Below are positions 1 to 13,000 of a stretch of 64,000 bases of DNA, piece by piece (within the stretch, counting starts at the first letter, position 1; every line of letters begins with the position of its first letter). This DNA is from Octopus bimaculoides (taxonomy: Eukaryota), in assembly GCF_001194135.2 (NCBI RefSeq), contig NC_068995.1, positions 57,216,608 to 57,280,607 of the forward strand, in the 5' to 3' direction. The position numbers were made by a program, and so were the translations under genes. The notes under the pieces are model-generated. The model was not told the DNA's origin and did no database searches. It saw only the letters and a list, made by a program, of their open reading frames with translations.

Positions 1-32
<32 letters not shown>
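1..32 (+). repeat. (CT)n microsatellite
   Basis: Perfect tc dinucleotide run at the window start. Confidence 0.95.
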
Positions 33-35
<3 letters not shown>

Positions 36-499
36 TGCTCTCACTGCTACAAATTATTCGAAATATACTTATGATACAGCAACTAAGAATCAGACGAGGG
101 CAAACTCAATTCTAAAACTTGTAACACAGCATTTCTTCTTTTGCTCTTGTTCTTTTATCTAAACTATTTCGCATTCATTGTTTATCTTGTGTGTTCTTTA
201 TTTTTGCATTTATGGGTCATTAATTTAAATTCTTATCAAATAACTTTGAACATTAATCACTTACATGCTAGCCAAACCTTACTACTATTTGTTTTATTAA
301 ATTAATATTTCTATTCTACAGTCAGTAGATGTTTCACTAAAGTTCTTCATTCTGTGCTATTATTAAAACTATTTCCCTGTTACTGCTATTGGATGGTCTT
401 GGAGCAAATCAAATCAGAAATAAATAGTTCGATATGTGCATCTTTCTGTTTTTATTCATTGGTTGTGTTTTCTTGACAATATTTAAATTTACCCCATAC

Positions 500-618
500 C
501 AGAACTCTCCACAACTCCATCCAATTTCTCTTCTTGCACAAGTCTTTTGTTGTTTGTAATATTTTTCTCCATTTAATTATTTTATGTCTATAGTTTTTAC
601 ATAACAACAGTCCATGTT
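500..618 (-). CDS. Candidate internal exon, 119 nt (xHGLLLCKNYRHKIIKWRKILQTTKDLCKKRNWMELWRVL); product unknown
   Basis: Minus-strand acceptor atttttgtcttcag and donor CTG|gtatgg; only one frame is open. No homology recognised. Confidence 0.25.
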
Positions 619-783
619 CTGAAGACAAAAATATAGTTAGTTTCAGCACCATCATCATTACCATCATCACCACCACCACTATTAAGTGATTCTTCCATGT
701 GGCTGTTTATATTCTAGCCATTATTTCTGATCATTTAAGACGTGATATTGTTAATACAGACAACAGTAAAGTAAAATAGAGAA

Positions 784-990
784 ATGTATCTTGTGCTTGT
801 TTCAGTCATTGGACTGCAGCCGAGCTGGAGCGTTGCCTTGAAGGATTTAATCAAATTGACCTCAGTACTTTTTTTTTTTTTTAAACTGGTATTTATTTTA
901 TCAGTCTCTTTTGTTGAACCAATGAAGTTACAGGGACATAAACAAACCAACACCAGTGTGTGGGGGGAGAGGGGGAGACAGACAAAGACA
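784..990 (-). mobile_element. SINE family A, 3' half
   Basis: cttgtttcagtcattggactgcagcc...gctggagc...gacctcagtact...aaccaacacc is the reverse complement of the 3' half at 20040-20225. Confidence 0.85.
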
Positions 991-2102
991 CATTAATACA
1001 CTTTTGGGAATACATAACCTTGTTGTATATCAAACTAGATTACTTTTCAAGTAAGACTTATTGTAATGACAAAGATATATTCCTGTTCATTTTACCTTGT
1101 AGCTTGGTAAAAATAATAAGCATGTTCATTCTGAAAACATTCTGCCAGATTTTCAAATATGGTTCTTGCAGTTGGACCAATAAGCACTGAGTAGTGTCTC
1201 TGAAGAAGCACAGGCCTGCCAAAATATTAGTCATTTAGAGTCAGCTATATCACTGAAGCGTGAGTGTTGTCAACAGAGTCTAAAAGGAGGAAGATATTGT
1301 TCACCAAAAATGAAATCCAATAGCAAAAGACATATTAATGTCCAAGTTTGCTGGAATTTGTTAAGGATGAATATTACACAGCATTATTTTGATTCTTGGT
1401 GTTTCGTGTGCTCATAATAATTTCATATTGGCATTTTCTCAATGGGTCATTTTTTTTTTCTCTCTTCCGTTCACTTTTAGCGTACTTATTTTTGTTTTAT
1501 AAATTCTTAATATTGTTTGTCACTCTTCGAGGAGTCCTTGTGTGTATGTTTGTGTGTGTGCATTTGTGTGTGTATATGAAACTAATTATGAAATAATTTT
1601 GAGAAGAAATATTTATCTATCTATATAAAACCCTGATTTATATTTTTTTCTCTTTTTTTTTATGCTCTCTTGATTTTAATCTTTAAGCTGTTCACAACAT
1701 GGGCCAGTGACAGGCAGATTTGTTATTGCAGAGAAAGACAGTGTTGTTGAAATAGCTGGCTGGTGTTATAGCAGTTTTCTAGTTGTCAGTACAAGCAGCT
1801 TAAACCTAGCCTTGTTTTCTAATCTTTTGATGCTGAGGATTATTTCAATTTTCAGATCTACTACATCATACTTATTTAATACTGCCTATACTAAATTTTG
1901 GCTATAAATAGTCATGTAACTCTGTCTGTATGCTTAGGTGAGTTATTAAAGAAAAGAGGTCTAATAATTATGGCTGTACATACACCCTGTCACTCTCTCT
2001 CTCAAACCCAAACACAAAATTCTTTTTAAAATTCACATCTTGCCTTGTAGAAAGTAAACTAATTTCACTTAGAATTCTTTCTTGCAAGAATTTGGTTGGA
2101 AC

Positions 2103-2393
2103 AAGTGGTTCTCAACCGTTTGTTTTATCTGTAGACCCCTTTGATTCCTATTTTATTCAGATGGACCCCCTACCTCCCACGTAGCCATTCGATGTTTAAA
2201 AAATCCAATTATAGTTTTACAATTAAATATTATTAGGACTTGTATAGAAAAAAAAAAACTGCTAAAATATTTTGTGCATTGTAAAGTTGTAACCAATTTA
2301 TTGCAGATCAATTTTAAGAACAAATTCTTATATGGACCCTCAAGAACCATATGGACCCCCAAGGGCCAAAAGGACCCTGGTTGAGAATCACTG
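2103..2393 (+). mobile_element. hAT/Charlie-like MITE
   Basis: TIRs aagtggttctcaacc / ggttgagaatcactg. The internal sequence is shared with 8484-8737 and, reversed, with 48842-49103. Confidence 0.8.
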
Positions 2394-3795
2394 GTCTAAA
2401 GTTATTTGTCTTCAACATAATATGGAAGGAATTCTTTCTTTTAGGCAGTCATATTCTTTCTGTTCAATCAGCAATGGCACCAGTAATTTTGTTCTTTTTT
2501 GTTGGCCTTTGTCTTTCCGTTATCCCTGATTCTATCAACTCACCAAGTATCATAGAATTAATAATTTTGGTAAATTGAGTTGATGTTAGAAATTACAATT
2601 ATAAACAAATTTGGATCTTTCTGAAGTCACCAACCAAAATGATAGCTTATAAAGAGAGGGGGTGGTGGTGTGTAAAGATATAAAGTTAGTTCACTTCTTC
2701 AACTTGCTGATTTGATTAAGACCGATTTATGTTGAAGACAGGCTGTGGCTCATTAAATCAACCTCAGCATATAAATGATGTTTGTGTTTTTTTAATGTTA
2801 TCATAACATAAAAAAGGCAATGTCCTCTTCATCTTTACAATTTCATCAGTTTTTATTTTTTGAGCCAGTTCCTTAACCCTGATTCATCATTAATTAAACA
2901 ATGTTTTAGTGAGCTCACCCCTTCCATTTCTTGGGAATATACACTAGTAAATATTATTTTATGGAGCCCTTGATTATTATTGTTTCTGTTGTTGTTGCTG
3001 TTGTCAATATTATCATCATTCCAGAAGGTACCGTAGTGTGTTGGAAGCTCTCTGCAGCCATTTTTGGTTTCTCCATTAGAATCCTTTCACTTATGTTGCT
3101 AATACTCCCGGGAAAGAGTGGGCAATAACAGCTTTTTCCCATTTAACCTGAACATGTTTCAGGCTTTATGATTATGCAACAAACATTATCAGCATTTTAA
3201 ATATAGATTAATGTGTATACGGATTTAAATACATCGTAGTGTTTATTTTAATATAGCATCTTGTATAGTTTGAGTTAGTATATATATATATATATATATC
3301 TATATATATATAATGGCATGGTTGTATGGTATAAAGCTTGCTATTCTTCAAATCGAGCTTTTATCATCTTATATGTGGGAACACACGTTTAATAATGTGG
3401 TCATGCATCAACTTTGGAAAAAACGATGAAATTGTCTTACCTGGAATATCTCTGGTCACAAAACTGATTGATTTGCTCTGAACTGGGACTAAACAGCAAA
3501 GACATGTGTTTATGTTGGGCGGTTGGAAGAAAACAAAAGTAAGAATTGCATATTACAAGAGGAAGAATAAATTATGTGAAAATATTTAGCCATGATGATG
3601 CAAAAGTTGCTTGTTTCGGATATTAAAGTTAATTACATGTTTTACACTGAAGTAATTGGGAAATATGTTTAAAGTACTTATACACTGTATTTCATAAACA
3701 TTGTAATAATTTGTTTATCCTTTATTGTAATGACATCTGAGAAATCTTCATCCTCATTTCAATGCTTGTGTGAGTCAAATGAGTGTTGTTGAAGC

Positions 3796-3875
3796 AGATT
3801 TTTGCTACAGCAGGATGCTTTTCCAGTTGCCAACCCTGTTTTCAAGTGAGGTAATATTCCCCTTTGTCCTTTCAA
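3796..3875 (-). mobile_element. SINE A' tail fragment
   Basis: gcagatttttgctacagcaggatgcttttccagttgccaaccctgttttcaagtgaggtaatattcccc matches the reverse complement of the 42410-42472 tail. Confidence 0.7.
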
Positions 3876-4132
3876 TAGCAAAACAGTTCAATAGCTGGGC
3901 ATAGTTGGACTGTAAACAAACAACACTGATTTTGTATGATAGTGACTTTACAGTTTTTGCTTATATGTCAAGACAAAGGAAACACACACACACACGCACA
4001 CATCATTATTATTATTGTTTCATTGTTCACATCTTCATGCTTGCATGGGAACAGATCCCTCCTTGGCCAGATGTTATTCCTGTCTTTCTCTTTCCCTCCC
4101 ACTCCATCCTTCTCTCTCCATCTCTTCCCCAT

Positions 4133-4152
4133 CTGTGTGTGTGTGTGTGTGC

Positions 4153-4187
<35 letters not shown>
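4133..4187 (+). repeat. (TG)n/(TA)n compound microsatellite
   Basis: Seen directly; explains the overlapping ORFs at 3905-4216. Confidence 0.95.
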
Positions 4188-4192
<5 letters not shown>

Positions 4193-4711
4193 AAGAAAAA
4201 TGAAAATTAGAACCACAAGTATTCTTCCATTGGGAATATTATTAGAGTTACTTTGTAAGAAAATGGACTTTTCTGGAGAGATGGGAAGATGGTCAGTTCA
4301 ACAGTTAGCCTGTAGCTAAGTTTAGTTGTTTGTCATTTATCATTTGGTGAAATAGAGCTGAAAGTGATATGAGAACACCTTAGCAAGTCAATGATTCTAG
4401 CCTCAAGCCATATTCAGGCATTTCAAGAGTTCCTGCTACAGGGCCTGTCTTCAGTTATCCTGCTTCTCTTTCTGTTTCATTAGATTGAAATGTCTCTGGT
4501 TAAGTGAGTCGGATTTTGCCCATTTACTGCACTATCTCCCAGCATAAATTCCTTCACAATTGTCACCATTATTAAAAGGAAATATTATTCTGCAATTGGA
4601 TTGATTCTATATCTAACTGTTCATTGATTCTCATTTCTGGAGTAATTAGACATTAAATGTTAAAATCTAAAGCTGATTCTGGATAAAAAGAGAAAAATGT
4701 AATATTTGTAG

Positions 4712-4925
4712 ATAATTTTGTTACCATGTTTCTGTTGAAATACAATGTCCTTTGATTAATTATGAAAATAATAAAGGATTTAGTAAAATAACTTTTGTCA
4801 TTATTAAGCTGGTGTTTAGAACCTAACATGAAATTTTGTGGGAGGTTTTGACTTGGCTCACATTAAACAGGAAGTTTATATCATAGAGACAGGGGTTTCG
4901 GGCAGTTTCGTATCAAAAGGGTTAA
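4712..4925 (+). mobile_element. piggyBac-like MITE family 2
   Basis: Ends ...atcaaaagggttaa (GGG + TTAA). The body matches the reverse complement of 17654-17882. Confidence 0.7.
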
Positions 4926-5821
4926 AGTGTTATTTTAGTAATTTTTAAAAAAAGAATATGTATTTGCCAGTTATCAAGATAAGTCTGTGACTAAGTCATT
5001 TAAATTTATTATTAATTAATGTAAACTATATTTACTGACTGCCTTGAATTTTCATTGCAAAACAAGGAATCTGTTATCCTAAAAAAAGATCTGTTTGATT
5101 CTTTGTTATATTTATAAGCAATATTCTATAACTTCTCAAATAATGAAGCTAAGAACCAACTATTGCTACCTCTATGTCAGCACAAATTTTAATTTTAGTG
5201 ACCTTTTCATGGTGTGTGAAGACTGCCTAAACAGCAAATAGTAAATATAATCTTTATTTAATTTGTAACACACACAGCTCATATACACCCGTGTGTAATT
5301 GTGTGTGTGTGTGTGTTTGTGTGTGTATGTGTATGTATACAAGGGCATTTCTTTCTATATGTATGTGTAACAAAAAAAAGAAGAATTAAGACAAACAAAT
5401 AAATAGGTAAAGCAAATCAGCTTTAAGTTATCATGACATAAATGAAGTGGGAGTGGTTTATCACATTTTAATATTTTTAATGCAGGTTTATGTGTGTGTT
5501 AGTGTGTATATGCATAGGTGTGCGTGTGTGTGTGTATGTGTATGTATATATCTCTATATTTTTTTTTTTTTGAAAGCGATAATTACTTAATTAAGGTGAT
5601 TGACTACCATTAGTTTAGCGCCTGTTTTCTTTATTTGATTACTCTACCTGCTCACTCGTTAAGTCCTACAACATATAATTTGCTGCCGAGTTAGTAATGG
5701 TTGTTTCACTTGATTCTTGACCTTTCACTCATCTCACCAACGCCAAGAGAGCACTTTCATTTTCACCTGTCTGCCTGATTAGTGTTTGGCATTTGGTGTG
5801 ATTTCTTCACTTGTTTCTCAC

Positions 5822-5911
5822 CTGTAAATATTCTTTGAATCCTCTTGTAAGAAAAGTTGATATAAATCCTTGTTAGCATCACTGTCAGCATCACTGACTC
5901 CATGCAGTATC
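5822..5911 (-). CDS. Candidate exon, 90 nt, phase 2-2 (ILHGVSDADSDANKDLYQLFLQEDSKNIY); product unknown
   Basis: Strong donor ACAG|gtgaga and an open frame, but a weak acceptor (tatatacaagcag). Confidence 0.2.
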
Positions 5912-6199
5912 CTGCTTGTATATATAATATATACTCAAACAGTTACTTACCAATTTGCTGGCGAACGCATTAATAACTATATGCGATAACTGAGTTTTTT
6001 TTCCATTTCACTTATCAGTGCTAAATCCAACAGTGAAGTCATATCTTAATGGCCATGCCACACACACACACACACACGCACACACACACACTCCAATACA
6101 AACCACATAATATAAACATATATCCTGCTTCCTCACTTATCAAAAGACATCTCTGTTGTGTGTTGATACATCCACATGCATGCACTTTCCTTTCCCGCA

Positions 6200-6255
6200 T
6201 TAGCAACTGGCCATGTTCACTGTAACCCATGCCAGCATGGAAAAATGAACACTAA

Positions 6256-6296
<41 letters not shown>

Positions 6297-6300
6297 GATA
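6200..6300 (+). mobile_element. SINE B 3' tail with (GAT)n
   Basis: ccatgccagcatggaaaaatgaacactaaatgatgatg is the reverse complement of the tail of the young copy at 33651-33700. Confidence 0.7.
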
Positions 6301-6345
6301 CTAATCTATCTGCTGTGCAAATACATGGTTCGTGGTTCTGTATCT

Positions 6346-6690
6346 TTTACTCTTTACTTATTTCACTCACTGGACTGCAGCCATGCTGGAGCACCATCCA
6401 GAAGGATTTAATCGAACAGATTGTCCCCAGTACTTATTATTTTTTTAAGCCTGGCACTTATTCTATGGGTCTCTTTTCACCAAACCACCAAGTTATGGAG
6501 ACATAAAGAAGCCAGCCCCAGTTGCCAAGCGGTGGGTGGGTCGGACAACCATGAAGACACATGTGTATGTATAATATATACATGATGGGCTTCCACATAG
6601 TTTCTGGCTAACAAATTGACATGGCATTGGTTGGCCCAGGGCAGTAGTAGGAGGTATCTGCAGTGAGAATTAAACCTGAAACTATGCCTT
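6346..6690 (-). mobile_element. SINE family A, near full length, decayed
   Basis: Tail, central and head segments are collinear with 10432-10800. Confidence 0.85.
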
Positions 6691-6999
6691 AGGTTCAACT
6701 CCTCTAGTAAAAAACCACCCTTTTTATTACCCCCCGTTAGATTCTGCTTGAAGACTAATCTTTTATGACATCTGACTATCCTAGTGTTCTTAAAGTGTTG
6801 TTCTTTAATAAATTCTATTCAAATCTGTGAATTATTTTTTTTTTTAATTATTAAGAAACAAATAAGCAACTTGTTTAAAATATCCAATGAAAATACAGTG
6901 GTTCGGATAGTGAAAAGGATAACCTTCTGCCCAGAAGGTTATCAGGTTCAAACTCCGCTCTGCTATCATCACTACATTGTGCCTTCAGGCAATGCTCAC

Positions 7000-7002
7000 T
7001 AC

Positions 7003-7034
<32 letters not shown>
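7000..7034 (+). repeat. (TAT)n microsatellite after a SINE head fragment (about 6930-6995)
   Basis: Seen directly; caggttcaaactcc upstream is B-box-like. Confidence 0.85.
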
Positions 7035-7035
<1 letters not shown>

Positions 7036-8483
7036 GCTCTTCACATCATTGTGACTGAGTGACAATGGATACCTTTATCGTTTCATATGTTAAGTGCTTA
7101 ATCATAAGCTGTGAAAAGCACTGAGCTGTAAAAGTACTTGTTTCGACAATTCTTAAGCAAACAACAAATATCCAAATTTTCTCAAAAAAAAAAAAGACAA
7201 AAACGTATCATCCTCTTTATTGATAATTGCATCACAAGATATAAAATGGAAAATATAATCACAGAACCCCCCTCCCCACACAAACTGTTACAAAAAACAA
7301 AACAAAAAACAAACTTTATTTATATACTAGTTTGCTACTTAGTTTCACCTAATGCCATTTGTAGTCTCTCTCTCTCTCTCTCTCCCCTCTCTCTCTCATA
7401 GTATTTACTTTCCAATTGTATTGTTAAAGGTTTTAACATTTTGTTAAAAGAAATTCCCTAGAGCTTTGTTTTAAGTTTTCCTTTTATGGAATATCTCCCG
7501 TTCCTTTATAGAAAAATTTCTTTCTTGAAATGGTCATTCCACAGATTCGGATCCTGCTTTTTTCATTTAACCATCTGCCCACATCCTTTCCTACTATTTT
7601 GTATTGCAAGTTTATTTTTNNNNNNNNNNCCACTTCCATCTTAAGTGAAAACTGTTCATTTAAATTGTTTTTCTTTTTTTTTTCTATTCTTACAAATTAG
7701 CCTTCAAGTGTCTCTTTTATTTAAATGTTTTTCTTTCTTTCCTGCCACTAGTTTAACTTTTCTTTTTATTAGTTTCAGTTTCTTTTTTTTAATGATTTAT
7801 TTCCCTAATTTTTTTTTCCTTTTTTATTTCTTTTCTCAGAGATGTTTCAAGTAGTTATGCTATATTTTTAAAATCACAGTTGCCTTTGAATATATTCTGA
7901 TTTCACTTCAATTCAGACCATTTTTCAATTAAATACCTTTTGTATGGAACTAGTAAGGAACCTTATACAACTCTATTCACTTTGATTTGTTTATTTTATT
8001 TTAGTTTTTTAATTTTTTTTTTAGTCTCCAAGTAGTTCATAAAATTCTATATAATTGTCATGGTATGAATAAATTCTTTATTAGTTGTTGCTCAAGGGTT
8101 TTCTTCCTTTCATCTGCCTAATTAGCTTTTACTCTAACAATGCCGTGAACACTGGATTGCCAAATCTTTTGTTCCCTCACCTTATTCTGCTTTCCGAAAT
8201 AAAATACTCTTCTACAACTAACTACCTGTTATATATTACTATAAGGTTGTTGCTTTTTTTTTATTTTGGAAAGATTATGGTTTTAGGTATGATAGTAATA
8301 TTATCTTTTTTGCCTAAGATAATAATTTAATTGTTTTTTTTTTTTTGTAAGAATGGTGTTGATAGTAATTTTTTTCTTTAATTAAGAATGACTTACATTT
8401 ATTTACCAGTTTGTCTAGACCTGTAAATATTAATATGATAATGACTGGTATTTGAACTAAAATGGTGGGAAAATGTCTTTTAT

Positions 8484-8737
8484 AAGTGGTTCTCAGCCAT
8501 TTTTCTACCCTTTGATTACTATTCTATTCTGGTGGACCCCCACTCATAGCCAGTCAATGTTTTATGGATACTTCTTACAAAATTCCTATTTTGTTTTTCA
8601 CACATTAACTCGTATAGGTTAGCAATAAGCTTTGAGAGAACATGTTTCAGTTGCTGGAAACACGTTAATTTGCTTATAAGGGCACTGTCCCCCCACCACA
8701 CCTCCAATCTTATATGGACCCTGGTTGAGAGCCACTA
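8484..8737 (+). mobile_element. hAT/Charlie-like MITE
   Basis: TIRs aagtggttctcagcc / ggttgagagccacta; shares ccctttgatt, ggacccc and tatatggaccct with 2103-2393. Confidence 0.75.
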
Positions 8738-9292
8738 CTCAATATTGTCACTCATCCTATAAGAAAAAAATGTCAAATTTCCTTAAATCACAACATGGCA
8801 TCTAAATAAAGCCAAGATATATTGAATAATAAAGTCTTAAATATCCCTAACACACACACGCAAACAAAAAGACCCCAAATAAAACTAATTGTAACAGCAA
8901 TGCCATGCTTGATCAAGTTTGACCCAAAGCTAAACAACAACACCTTTTTCATAAAGTGATGATTCTCCAAAACTTTATCCTCTTGGCTGTTTAGCTTCTA
9001 ATCATGTTTTACATAGGGATTATTTTTTCCCTCTTGAGCTTGGAGGCAAACATAAAACGATATTACTACTCACGTAATTCATTGTCAGTCATTTGGAGCA
9101 TCATTGAAAAAGTTGGTCTTCACGTAGCATGGTAAGGGCAAATCTTAAAAGCCATCACATTATAAGGCACAAGACATTCATACGTGAAGGTGTGCAAATC
9201 AAAACAAGGTTATAGGCTTCTCTGCCAGCACTTTGCACCAAATGTCTTAAGTATTAAAATTAAATACCACAAGTTCATTGAACTGCATACAG

Positions 9293-9325
<33 letters not shown>

Positions 9326-9424
9326 GCATATTGATGAAGATAATAACCATTGCAATTTCAGGGAATGTATTTTTGAATAATAGTAATTCACAAGTAGGAA
9401 CACTTGTGTGTGTGGTGGGGAGGT

Positions 9425-9628
9425 GTTTCCCCCACACCACCACTGCTTGACAACAGGTGTCAGTGTGTATATATGTCCCTGTAACTTAGAATTTCGGCAA
9501 AGAGATTGGTAGAACATGTACTAGCCTTAAGGAAGAATATATAAATACTAGGGTTGATTCATTCAGCTAAAATTCTTCAAGGTGGTACCCCAACATGGCC
9601 ACAATCTAATGGCTGAAACAAGTAAGCA
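9425..9628 (+). mobile_element. SINE family A, 3' half
   Basis: ccactgcttgacaacagg...gtaacttag...ccaacatggccaca...gctgaaacaagtaa. Confidence 0.85.
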
Positions 9629-9895
9629 ACAGACAAATAATAGAATAATAAGTTAAGAGGATTTTGAAATATGATCATTCTTCCCTAAAAGTTATTCCAC
9701 TTTGGAACATTATATATGTGTGTGTGTGTTCTTAGTGAAACATCCTTTGCCCTCCATTTTTTTTTGTTTTTTTTTCTCTTTTACTTTACAAAGTGTTTGC
9801 ATTTGAGGAAGAAGATTTATAAATGGAAGGAGTGTTTAGATGCTGTCTCTGTGTGATGTTGTCACTATTACCTTTTCATTCTTGTATAATTACAG

Positions 9896-9970
9896 TAGGT
9901 TTCAGTGGATACAATCAAACAGATCAGGGGGAGACTACTACACATTGCGAGGATACTGTCAGCCTATTAG
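9896..9970 (+). CDS. Candidate exon, 75 nt (72 nt from the tandem acceptor); product unknown
   Basis: Acceptor cttttcattcttgtataattacag(tag) and donor TAG|gtagga. Two frames are open: GFSGYNQTDQGETTTHCEDTVSLL and RFQWIQSNRSGGDYYTLRGYCQPI. Confidence 0.3.
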
Positions 9971-10431
9971 GTAGGAGTCTGCTAGTGTTTTGTTGGTCAA
10001 GAGTTCTTTCTTGTTATGTTAGCATTTAATGAAATTTAGACATCCCTCCTTTTCCTCCTCCTCCTCCTCCAAACAACTCTGCTTCCTCTTGTTCTACCCT
10101 AACACCGATCTCGTTCTCCTTCCTACCTCTGTGTTGGTCTGTCTTTATGTACCTACCTACCTGCCTCCTTACCCATTCGTTCTATGATTTGTCGTTTAGT
10201 GACCATTAATTAATCTACTGCATGGTTATTGTTGGATTTCTTTGCTGGTTATTGTTGTAGCTGTTGTTGTTGTTGTTGTTTGCTAGTTCCAAGCTGTTTC
10301 TTTGAAGCCAAATTTTGTTCCAAAACAACCCGTCGGTTGCCTGTTAGTTGCATGTCTCTTTCTTTCTCATTCACATACACACACACACATGTATGTGTAT
10401 GTGTATACACATACATACATCCAGATATCTT

Positions 10432-10800
10432 TTATCTTTTACTTGTTTCAGTCTTAGAGTGTGGCCATGCTACAGCACTGTCTTGAAGAATTTTTTTTTT
10501 AGTTGAACAAATCAAACCCAATACTTTTTTTAAGGCTGGTACTTATTCTATCAGTCTCTTTTCCTGAACTGCTAGGTTATGGAGATGTAAACACACCAAT
10601 GCTGGTTATCAAGCAATGGTGGGAAACAAACAAAACACACACACACATATATGACAGGCTTCTTTCAGTTTCCCTCTGCTAAATCCACTCACAAGGTCTT
10701 GGATGGCCCGGGGCTATAGTGGAAGACACTTACTCAAGATGCCATGCACTAGGGCTGAACCCCAAACCATGTGGTTGGGAAGCGAGCTTTTTACCACACA
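10432..10800 (-). mobile_element. SINE family A, full length
   Basis: Tail, central (CA)n linker and tRNA-like head (reverse complement of ggttcagccc, B-box) are all present. Confidence 0.9.
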
Positions 10801-11761
10801 CACATATATATTTATGGCACTGTGGATTAGAAAGACTACAAAGTCCTTTTATTTCTCCAGTAACTCTGCATTACTTGTCTGTTATGAAATGTACGATTCA
10901 ATTCAGATAAGATTGTTTTCTTTTTCTTTCTTTCTTCACAGGGTTACTCTGAATGTGGTTTGTTGTATAAATATTCTCATAGAAATTTACTGATAAGATA
11001 TAATAATCTTTACTGCTCTTTGATATGAACAGAAGTTTAATTTATTTAGAATGTTGGACATTCTCGTCAAAGTTTGGCTGTTCATACAAAGCAAGTTCTT
11101 ACAGACTTTCCTGATAGCTAAGAAACTTCAAGGGAATATTTAATAGTTTAGAAGTATTTTGTTTCAATATTTTTGCTCTCAAATTTCTTTCCATTTTTTT
11201 CTTTTTTAACCATTTTTTTCCCTACAAATAGTTTTCTTATACATGGCTTGGATAGTTCTAAAAATTTTCTTACTTGCATGAAATGTTTAGATCAATTCTT
11301 CTTTGTAGCTTAGCAAATTGACTGTGAAATTTTAAGTTGTGCTAGTGCAAAAGGATTTGCCTTATATTTGCCTGATTCTTACAAATATGTAAAACTATTG
11401 GTAAAATTTGACAAATTATGAATGAGATGTTCTTTTTATTTCCTTATTTTTAATCTAATTCCTTTTAATTGATTATCTGTAATATGCTTGTTTATTAAAC
11501 TTTGGATAAAGAAGCAAGTTTTAATTTTTCATTTTGTGATTTACATTTAAGATATTTCATATCATGAATGGCAAGAAGCACTGTCAAGAAATGCATGACC
11601 ATCACAGATTCCACATTTTTTTCTTGAAACATAAAATATGAAAGAAGAATTTAAGGTTACAGTTATTTTGTAAATAGTTAAGAGTAGAATGGAAATATGC
11701 CTTTGGTGAAAGAAACTTTCATTTCACATTTGTAACCATTTCATTTAATTACTAATTTCTC

Positions 11762-11993
11762 TTAACCCTTTAGTATTCAGATTTTTTCTATCAAATGTAA
11801 CACAAAAATATTAACATTTAAAAAAAAATTTAATCATGCATTATCTTATAGCATTGAGATATTGATGATGTGAAAGTTTATTTTTAGAATGACATTGTAA
11901 GGTAGGTGTGAGAGGCCAGATCTGACTAGGATCAACATAAAATGAGTGGAATATTTGGGCCTGATAGGGCCAGTTTAAATGCTAAAGGGCTAA
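11762..11993 (+). mobile_element. piggyBac-like MITE family 1
   Basis: ttaa-ccctttagtatt ... aatgctaaaggg-ctaa: TTAA-type TSD and CCC/GGG termini. Four more copies occur in the window. Confidence 0.85.
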
Positions 11994-12968
11994 AGTTATT
12001 TCTTTTTTTTGTCCCTTTGTTCTCAAAATAAAATATAAGAAATGAAATTAAACCCTTTAAAAGGGTTAAACATCATTCCTATTGAAAAAAAAAAAATAAA
12101 CAATATATTTTGTAGTTAGAAGTTGAGGCAATAAAGAAAGAGTTCTCCATTCTTTTTCATTGTTGAAATGGGATAAAATTTAAGGACCCTAATTCCTTGT
12201 AATTTACATGTATTTATCTTCTGTCTTTCACTTGTTTTAGTTATTGGATTGCAGCCTGTACCTTTTGTCTCTAAGTGAATGCCAAATGCTTTCACATGTC
12301 AGTGTATTATGGGATTAGAAATATTTTTTGAAAACAATTAAAAATGTGTCTGTTACCCCTTTATCAGCTTCACCCCTTTATAGTCCAGAATTCATATAAA
12401 ATTTTCTATCCCCTCCAACCTCTCCTCGGGGCACAATACTGTCCATTTTGATAAGAAGCTCAACTATTTTCTCTGGCAACCTGTTGCCATTAAGTTTATT
12501 GTATGTTAAAATGATGTTATAACATCAAAATTATATCAACTGCATTAGTCCTAATCAGTAGAACCCTGTTAGACAATTTCCTCCAAAGTTGCATGAATTC
12601 AAGAATCTAGGGTGGGAAAGCAGTGAAGGGGGTAGGTGGTATAATTATTCAGTGCAGTGTTTTATTTTTTTTGCATTTCTTTTTTTTTTTATGTACAGAA
12701 TAGTATTTTTTTTAGAATATAATTTCCCATTATTATTCCTTTGGAAACCATTTTCCATGTTTTAACAATGCACTGTTCTTGGAATCTCAAGATTTGATTT
12801 TCCCCTGGCAATGTGTCTTGCATTAAGCAAATTCATTTCAATTAGAATATAAAAGGACAATCACCAACAATTGTTTCCTTCATAATTTAAATTAAATAGT
12901 TTTGGCATTTAGTTTAATAATCTTATTCTGCAGAGTTGAATGAATAGAGGTGAATTTTAAGGATCTCG

Positions 12969-13000
<32 letters not shown>

